This document shows positions 53,160 through 62,000 of a DNA stretch of 62,000 bases, one piece after another. A model generated the notes under the pieces. It had not been told where the DNA came from. It saw nothing but the letters and a program-made list of their open reading frames with translations, and did not search any database. The translations under genes and the position numbers were made by a program. Location: contig OX597834.1 of assembly GCA_951406725.2 (NCBI GenBank), positions 40,010,001-40,072,000 on the forward strand. The letters are read 5' to 3'. Source of the stretch: Octopus vulgaris. Its lineage: Eukaryota. Numbering within the stretch: the stretch's first letter is position 1; every line of letters starts with the position of its first letter.

Positions 53160-53790
53160 CAAGCCAGAAACAAAATATCTAGTGCCAATATGGGTCACAA
53201 GCTCAAGAATGCTTAAGATCCTCCGAGCGCTATAAATACGAAGGGCTTTGAGCCCTCTCCAAACATCCCGAGTGTTTGCTTTCCTTTTAGTTACACTCAA
53301 GCTGATTCTCATCACTAGCATGTCATCCCCGAATGCATGGGGTCACATCTTCCTTGCTCTTCCCCCTTGGTCCTTTTCCTCCTTTTTGTGTCCATCACAA
53401 TGGCAGTATGTCTCTCCTGTGATAATCGAAGCACATGGCCAGTAAACCAAGTCCTGCAAATTTCCTATGCCAGCTCTTCTAATGACCTCTTCATTTCTCA
53501 CTCTGTCCTGGAAAGAAATGTCCAGTATTAAACAAAACAGTGTCACTGGAACATGTCCAGCAACTGAGAGATCTCCACCATCATCTTCCACATTTCAATT
53601 CTATGGATGGCTGTTGGTACAACAATGAGGTACAGCTATAGTTTTATCTTCTTACGGATGGTCTTTGATCTCCATATTCGACAAAGGCATTAGAATTCTG
53701 GTGTTGCTTTACCTATCCTGGTCCTGATGTCAACTTCTGTATTACCTTCATAGGAAACCCAGCTTCCAAAGATGTGTAAAGTGTATCTAG
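53160..53790 (-). pseudogene. Decayed RTE-clade LINE ORF2 (post-RT region)
   Basis: IFGSWVSYEGNTEVDIRTRIGKATPEF*CLCRIWRSKTIRKKIKL..ILDISFQDRVRNEEVIRRAG, with stops and frameshifts. Confidence 0.85.
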
Positions 53791-54095
53791 GACTACATAA
53801 GTTTTGGGGGACATAATGTTCTTTGATACAAGATCAGTTCTGATATAATAGACCTGGAATCAAAGATGTTCCAGCCATGACCTTCCCCTCTTATATATAG
53901 ACAAAGTGTGGTTAGAATGTCGGGGTCAGAATCATGAGATAGTGAGTTCAATTCTGGGACTGGACTGTGTGTTGTGTTCTTGAGCAAGACAAGTACTAGG
54001 CTTACAAAGTATAAGTCCTGGGGTTGATTTGCTCGACTAAAGGCGGTGCTCCAGCATGGCCACAGTCAAATGACTGAAACAAGTAAGCGAGTAAA

Positions 54096-54126
<31 letters not shown>

Positions 54127-54496
54127 AAGAGTGCGAGCAAGAGAAAGATAGATATTGATGGACTATCTCCATCAAGAGAGATGGATGGATGGATAGATAC
54201 ATAGATAGATAGACAAACAGACAGACAGACAGATAGATAGATAGATAGATAGACAGATAGATAGACAGATAGATAGACAGATAGATAGACAGATAGAGAC
54301 AGATGGGTGGGAGGAAGGGATGGAAAGATAATTGAATGAAATTATGAGTTGTGAAAAAGAGAGGGCCAAGGAGAGAGAGATGAGGGGGGAAAAGGAGAGA
54401 GAGAAGAGAGGGAGAGAGAGAAAAGAGGGAGAGAAAGATGGGAAATGAATGAAACTGAGTGAATGGAAGATGAGAGATGTTGTAGAGCAGTTGTTA

Positions 54497-54662
54497 TGAA
54501 TGGGATGTAGCGGGGAGGAGAGAATTGTGAATGGGGGTGGTGCAGTGGGAGGAGATAATTGTGAATGGGGGTGTGGTGGGAGGCGGGAATTGTGAATGGG
54601 GGTGTAGGGGGGAGGAGATAATTGTGAATGGGGGTGTAGGGGGAGGTGGGAATTGTGAATGG
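54497..54662 (+). repeat. 31-34 bp G-rich minisatellite, about 5 copies
   Basis: aattgtgaatgggggtgtagggggagg units. Confidence 0.88.
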
Positions 54663-55044
54663 CAACACAATAATGTGATGCAAGCCCAATGGCAGGGGCA
54701 TGTTAGCAACAGCAACAACAAGAACAACAACATCACATCCACCACCACCACCACCAACAAGAACAACAACATTTGATTATATAAAATATTTATTAACAGA
54801 TATTATAGCAATCTTTATTCCATTCTCTTTATTGAATAAAAACACACAAGCACACATACACATACATACATACATACATACATACATACATACATACAGA
54901 CAGACATACATACATATATACACATATATACACACGCGTATCAGCCAACAAGTCTTCATAAATAACTGATCTCTTCACACAAATTGACTTTGCAATCAAA
55001 CAGCCAGCAGTGTAATGTTTGAATGTCTGTGCATGTGCGTACAT

Positions 55045-55330
55045 GTGTTAATGCATGTGTGTGTGTGTGTGTGTGTGTGCATTAATGAGCATGTATGAAT
55101 GTGTGTATGTATAAATGTGTGTGTGTGTGTGTGTGTGCATTAATGAGAGTGTATGAATGTGTGTATGTATAAATGTGTGTGTGTGTGTGTGTGTGCATTA
55201 ATGAGAGTGTATGAATGTGTGTATGTATAAATGTGTGTGTGTGTGCATTAATGAGAGTGTATGAATGTGTGTATGTATAAATGTGTGTGTGTGTGTGCAT
55301 TAATGAGAGTGTGTGAATGTGTATGTTTAA

Positions 55331-55366
<36 letters not shown>

Positions 55367-56240
55367 ATTAATGAGCATGTATGAATGTGTGCATGTATAA
55401 TGTGTGTGTGTGTGTGTGCATTAATGAGCATGTGTGAACGTGTGTATGTATAAATGTGTGTGTATGTGTGTGCATTAATGAGCATGTGTGAATGTGTGTA
55501 TGTATAAATGTGTGTGTGTGTGTGTGTGTGTGTGCATTAATGAGCATGTGTGAACGTGTGTATGTATAAATGTGTGTGTATGTGTGTGCATTAATGAGCA
55601 TGTGTGAACGTGTGTATGTATAAATGTGTGTGTATGTGTGTGCATTAATGAGCATGTGTGAATGTGTGTATGTATAAATGTGTGTGTGTGTGTGTGTGTG
55701 TGCATTAATGAGCATGTATGAATGTGTGTATGTATAAATGTGTGTGTGTGTGTGTGCATTAATGAGCATGTGTGAATGTGTGTATGTATAAATGTGTGTG
55801 TGTGTGTGTGCATTAATGAGTTTGTATGAATGTGTGTATGTATAAATGTGTGTGTGTGTGTGCATTAATGAGTTTGTATGAATGTGTGTATGTATAAATG
55901 TGTGTGTGTGTGTGCATTAATGAGCATGTGTGAATGTGTGTATGTATAATGTGTGTGTGTGTGCATTAATGAGCATGTATGAATGTGTGTATGTATAAAT
56001 GTGTGTGTGTGTGTGTGCATTAATGAGCATGTGTGAATGTGTGTATGTATAAATGTGTGTGTGTGTGTGTGCATTAATGAGTTTGTATGAATGTGTGTAT
56101 GTATAAATGTGTGTGTGTGTGTGCATTAATGAGCATGTATGAATGTGTGCATGTATAATGTGTGTGTGTGTGTGTGCATTAATGAGCATGTGTGAATGTG
56201 TGTATGTATAAATGTGTGTGTGTGTGTGTATGTGTATGAA
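55045..56240. repeat. ~50-60 bp minisatellite with variable (TG)n, about 21 copies
   Basis: Unit gtgcattaatgagcatgtgtgaatgtgtgtatgtataaat(gt)n. Confidence 0.96.
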
Positions 56241-56568
56241 CATCTAAAGCAGTGAAGAAGAAAAAAATGCTACATGATCAGTCCTACATTTGGGTAAAGT
56301 GATGATGATGGTGATGACAATGATGATGACGACAGCTGTGATGATAATAAAGATGATGATGGTGATGGTGATGATGACAATGATAGTGATGACGATGATC
56401 ACAATAACAATGAAGAGCAAGAGGAGGAGGAGGATCATGATGACAATGACAGCGATGATGGTGATGATGAAGCGAAGGATGAAGAACATAATGATGGTGA
56501 TGACACTGTTGATGGCAACAACAATGATGATGATGATGACGATGATGATAGTGATGACGATGATGACG

Positions 56569-56600
<32 letters not shown>

Positions 56601-56956
56601 AATGGGAGGTAAAACATGTTGAGCATGCAAAGGCAGTATATATAAATGGAATTGCTAACCCACCCCCAGTATGTCACGGGTACTTCACACTGGCACAAAG
56701 CCATATATACCTTACAGATGATTGGAACAACACTAGCACGTTACTGGTGCCGTCCTCTGGGGTGCCAGCTCCTGTCAAACCACCCAACCCATACCAGCAT
56801 GGACAAAGGACGTTAAATGATGATAATACACATGTGTGTGTGTGTATATATATATACACACACACACATATATAGATGTCTATACATATATATTATATAT
56901 ATACATACATATACATATATATATACATTATATAAATATATATATATACATGCATG

Positions 56957-56988
<32 letters not shown>

Positions 56989-57794
56989 TACATGCATGTA
57001 CATACATACATACATACATATATATATATACATGCATGTACAACATACATTACATACATATATATATATATATACATGCATGTACATACATATATATATA
57101 TATATATACATATACTGCATGTACATACATATATATACATGCATATACATATATACACATACATATATATAGATCCATATACATACATACACATACATAC
57201 ACTTATATATATATATACACAAACATACATACATACATATTTATATATATATATATACATATATACACAGAGAGAGAGAGAGAGTGGTTGTAGAGTAACA
57301 TGTCTGCTGCAATGGTTTCAATGGTTTAAAGGATCAGCAAGCAACATGCTCTCCGTTCTTTGCGAGATTAATTCACTGCAATCTGCGATATTGGTCAGTG
57401 GCTACAACTGGCAATGTATGGAACCAATTCTGTAAAAACAGCAGCCGACTAACTACTAGTCTTTTAGTCTTCTATTAGAATGCAAAAAACTACAATACAG
57501 AGCATCATGTGGGGTGGGGTGGGGTGGGGTGGGGCAGAGGGAGTATATTTTTCCAAGTTGATTATATCTATATAAGAGTGCAAGTGTTGCATATATATAT
57601 ATATTATATATACACACTCATGTATGCATATAGACACACACACAAACATTTTCATTCATAAATAATCGCCATACTCATTATCCAAAACGAATAAAGAAGC
57701 ATCCCCATGTGTACCATATATATATATATATATATACATACACACACATGCACACACACACATATATATACACACACACACATATATATATATA

Positions 57795-58020
57795 TTTCTT
57801 TATTGCCCACAAGGGGCTAAACATTGAGGGGACAAACAAGGACAGACAAATGGATTAAGTCGATTACATCGACCCCAGTGCACAACTGGTACTTAATTTA
57901 TCGACCCCGAAAGGATGAAAGGCAAAGTCGACCTTGGAGGAATTTGAACTCAGAACGTAGCGGCAGACGAAATACTGCTAAGCATTTTGCCCGGCGTTCT
58001 AACGATTCTGCCAGCTCGCC
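57795..58020 (-). mobile_element. OK-type SINE
   Basis: Family match. Confidence 0.9.
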
Positions 58021-58049
58021 TATCCTTCCTTAATCTTGGTTCCCATATG

Positions 58050-58439
58050 TGGTGGTGCAATGGCCCTGTGGTTAGGGCAGCGGACTCGCGGTCATAGGAT
58101 CGTGGTTTCGATTCCCAGACCGGGCGTTGTGAGTGTTTATTGAGCGAAAACACCTAAAGCTCCACGAGGCTCTGGCAGGGGATGGTGGTGATCCCTGCTG
58201 TACTCTTTCACCACAACTTACTCTCACTCTTACTTCCTGTTTCTGTTGTACCTGTATTTCAAAGGGCCGGACTTGTCACTCTCTGTGTCACGCTGAATAT
58301 CCCCGAGAACTACGTTAAGGGTACATGTGTCTGTGGAGTGCTCAGCCACTTACACATTAATTTCACGAGCAGGCTGTTCCGTTGATTTGGATCAACCGGA
58401 ACCCTCGTTGTCATAACCAACGGAGTGCTTCCTTAGTTA
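58050..58439 (+). mobile_element. tRNA-derived SINE sharing its 5' half with 14781-15090 but with a different 3' module; 12-bp TSD
   Basis: TSD GGTTCCCATATG at 58038-58049 and 58440-58451. Confidence 0.88.
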
Positions 58440-58944
58440 GGTTCCCATATGCTGTTCATATTTACACTTGGTCTGCTTAGGAGGTTAAATATAGAGCTGT
58501 ATGATCTGTTTATCCTGTCGTCTGATTGCCCAACAAGGAAGAAAATGACAGAAGCAACATACACAAGGTTTGAAGGTTCAGTCCCACTGCGTGGCACCTT
58601 AGATAAGTGTCTTCAACTATAGCCTTAGGCCGACCAAAGCCTTGTGAGTAGATTTGGTCGACGGAAACTGAAAGCAGCCCATCTTGTGTGTGTGTGTGTG
58701 TGTTTCTCCTCTGCCCTACCACCGCTTGACAATCGGCATTGGTATGATTAAGTTCCGTAACTAGACAGTTCAGCAAAAAGAGACTGATAGAATAAATACC
58801 AGATATTAACAAAAAAAAAAACCAGTAGTCATGTCAATTTATTCAACTAAAATTCTTCCAGGCAGTACCCCAGCATGGCCACAGCCTAAAGGCCAAAACA
58901 ACTGAAAGATAAAAAAAAATAAGAATACGCACACACTAACACAC

Positions 58945-59479
<535 letters not shown>

Positions 59480-60309
59480 GAAGATTTTTACAATATGCTC
59501 TAATCTTAAAAACAAAGGAACCACTGTGCTGTGTTTGCTGTAAGTGTACACAATATACAATGGAATAAATATTCCGAAGTCTTTTGTGTCTGCAGCCAAA
59601 TATTACATTCCTTGGAATCAAGTCAAAATACTCAGAAATCTGGCCTTCTTTGGCATGAGAGTGAAAAACCATTTCAGAGGAGAATAAAAAGTTTGACTTT
59701 GTGCTTGAGAAATATGGTTGTTTAAGTGCAGTATTCAATTATATTGAGTGACCGTTCAGACTAAGTTATTCCAGATTCATCAGCAGCAGCAGCATCATCA
59801 TAGTAATCATCATTGTTTTAACATCTGCTTTTCTATGCCGGCATGGGTCGGACAGAATTTGTTGGGGGCAGATTTTCCATGGCTACATACTCTTTGCAAT
59901 GCCAACCCCTTACCTGTTTCCAAGCATTGGAAATATTTTTCCCCATAGTCAGACAATGGTTTTTGTGAAAGACTGGACATGAATGACCCCTCTTGTATGA
60001 TGATGATGATGATGCTCGTTTAGAGCCATCATATGATGTCTAGACAAGGCTACACACACCACACACACACAACACATCACACACATACACACAAGTGAAG
60101 GGTTTCATTTTCCAGTACACAGAATTATTCATTTCCGGCCCCTAATCATGCCAGTTCCTGTCAACCTGTCCAACCCATGCCAGTTTGGAAAGAGGACATA
60201 TAATGATGATAATCATCATTATCATGATTGATGGTGATTGATGATGACTGATGATCATTGACCGGTAAAACAAGCCAGCTTTTCTTTTGACATGTTCAGT
60301 TTGAATTAT

Positions 60310-60783
60310 TCTTTTATTCTCTTACTTGAATCAGTCATTTGGCTGCAGCCATGCTGGAGCACCGTATTAAAGGGGGTTTTTTTTAGTTGAAAAAAATCAA
60401 CCCCAGGACTTATTCTTTGCAAGCCATGTACTTATTGTATCAGTCTCTTTTGCCGAACTGCTAGGTTACAGGGATGTAAACATACCAACATCAGTTTGTC
60501 AACTGATGGTGGGGAGACAAACACAGACACAATGACACACACATACGCACGCACACACACACACACACACATATATACACACACATACACACACACACAC
60601 ACACACAGACACACACACATGATGGGCTTCTTTCGGTTTCCATTTACCAAATCCACTCACAAGGCTTTGGTTGGCCTGAGATCATAACAAGAAACACTTG
60701 CCCAAGGTTCCACGCTGTGGGACTGAACCCGGAACCATGTGGTTGGGAAACAAGCTTCTTACCACACAGCCACACCTGTGCCC
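60310..60783 (-). mobile_element. OR/CORE-type SINE
   Basis: Family match. Confidence 0.88.
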
Positions 60784-60949
60784 ACAATATTATTATTGTT
60801 TTTTGTTCATTGAAATATGAAATGAAAGTGTGAAGGAAATGCTTATCTTAATGTCCATCATCATTGTCCTTTGACATCTGTTTTCCATTCTGGCATGGGT
60901 TGGACGGTTTGACAGAGGCTGCCTAGGTAGAAGACTGCACTGGCAGTGA

Positions 60950-61322
60950 ACTGGCAGAAACCTTAGCATGCTGGGCAATATGCTTAGTGGTATTTCGTCT
61001 GCCGTTACATCCTAAGTTTAAAAATCCGCTGAGGTTGACTTTGCCTTTCATCCTTTTGGGGTCGATTAAATAAGTACCAGTGAAGCACTAGGGTCGATAT
61101 AATCAACTTAACCCCTTTGTATGCCCTTGTTTGTCCCCTCTGTGTTTAGCCCCTTGTGGGTAGTAAAGAAATAGGTATTTCGTCTGCCATTACGTTCTGA
61201 GTTTAAATTGCGCCGAGGTTGACTATACCTTTCATCCTTTCGGGGTTGATAAATTAAGTACCAATTGCAGACTGGGGTTAATGTAATCAACTGGTCCCCT
61301 CCCCCAAAATTTCAGGCCTTGA
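60950..61322 (+). mobile_element. OK-type SINE dimer (two different tail variants)
   Basis: Junction AAATAG|GTATTTC at 61174. The second unit ends in the cccctcccccaaaatttcaggcc tail. Confidence 0.85.
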
Positions 61323-62000
61323 TTTTTTCCTTATACTTACACCATAGCAGCCCGGAGACCGATTTGTGGTTTAAACTGGATTTGGTACTTGTATATCTAC
61401 AGTACCCTACTATAGTTCCAGGGGTGAATTATTCAACCCCCAAAGAATCTCAGCAAGACTTGTGCCAAAATTTGAAACCAAAGTAATCAGATAGAAAAAA
61501 GCCATGAAAAAAATAGATAAGCTCCCAGTGAAAGTCTAGCTTTCTTTCCCAGCTGAATTTGTTCCACTTCATTTGTGTCGCTTATGCTTTTCATAAATTC
61601 CATGTCCTCGTTCCCCCAGTAAACTGTGACGATGTTCATCAGTTAGAAACCAATGTTTAGGTCCATTAAGAATTCTACTTTAAATATTCTTCATTTCTTG
61701 TCAATTCTCGGAAGATTAAATTAAATTTTGATTACAAACAAATTGAATTATTGCAACAATTAATTAATTAAAAAAATATTATCATTAGACTTAATTAGTT
61801 TAAAAAAGAAACAATAATATTTTTTCAATATATTGTATGTATATACGTGAGTGCGTATAATGTGAGTTTATGGGATTGTGTATACATCAGCATGTATATA
61901 TGACTGCATACATGAATGTGTGTATATATGTGTAGAATTTCCATAAACTAACAACAAAACAAATACTTCTGTAATAAAAAAAAAAAATCACATTTTTTTT

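Noticed and set aside
56244-56704. Ile/Met/Ser-rich ORFs
   Set aside because: Degenerate (GAT)n microsatellite. The same applies to 34168-34645.

Overview
Eukaryotic, AT-rich, extremely repeat-dense genomic DNA. The SINE/LINE families and the (AT)n/(AC)n/(AAT)n load match my recollection of octopus (coleoid cephalopod) repeats. Almost all ORFs in the supplied track are microsatellite translation artefacts, and I recognise no intact host gene. Supported content: dozens of tRNA-derived SINEs (OR/CORE-type, OK-type, a V-domain-like family), RTE-clade LINE 3' fragments, a decayed RTE RT fragment, an RLE-type non-LTR endonuclease fragment, two decayed Tc1/mariner transposases (one maT-like), Penelope-like terminal repeats with hammerhead-ribozyme-like cores, Helitron-like 5' ends, a piggyBac-like MITE array, two fold-back elements and several minisatellites. 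One low-confidence minus-strand gene start is proposed (12076 donor, exon 10022-9791). No bacterial-type system or CRISPR array is present. The best leads are the hammerhead-like motifs, SINE 3'-module swapping, an inverted SINE pair (possible ADAR substrate) and a minisatellite built from perfect splice-donor motifs. All coordinates were read by eye and may be off by a few bases.
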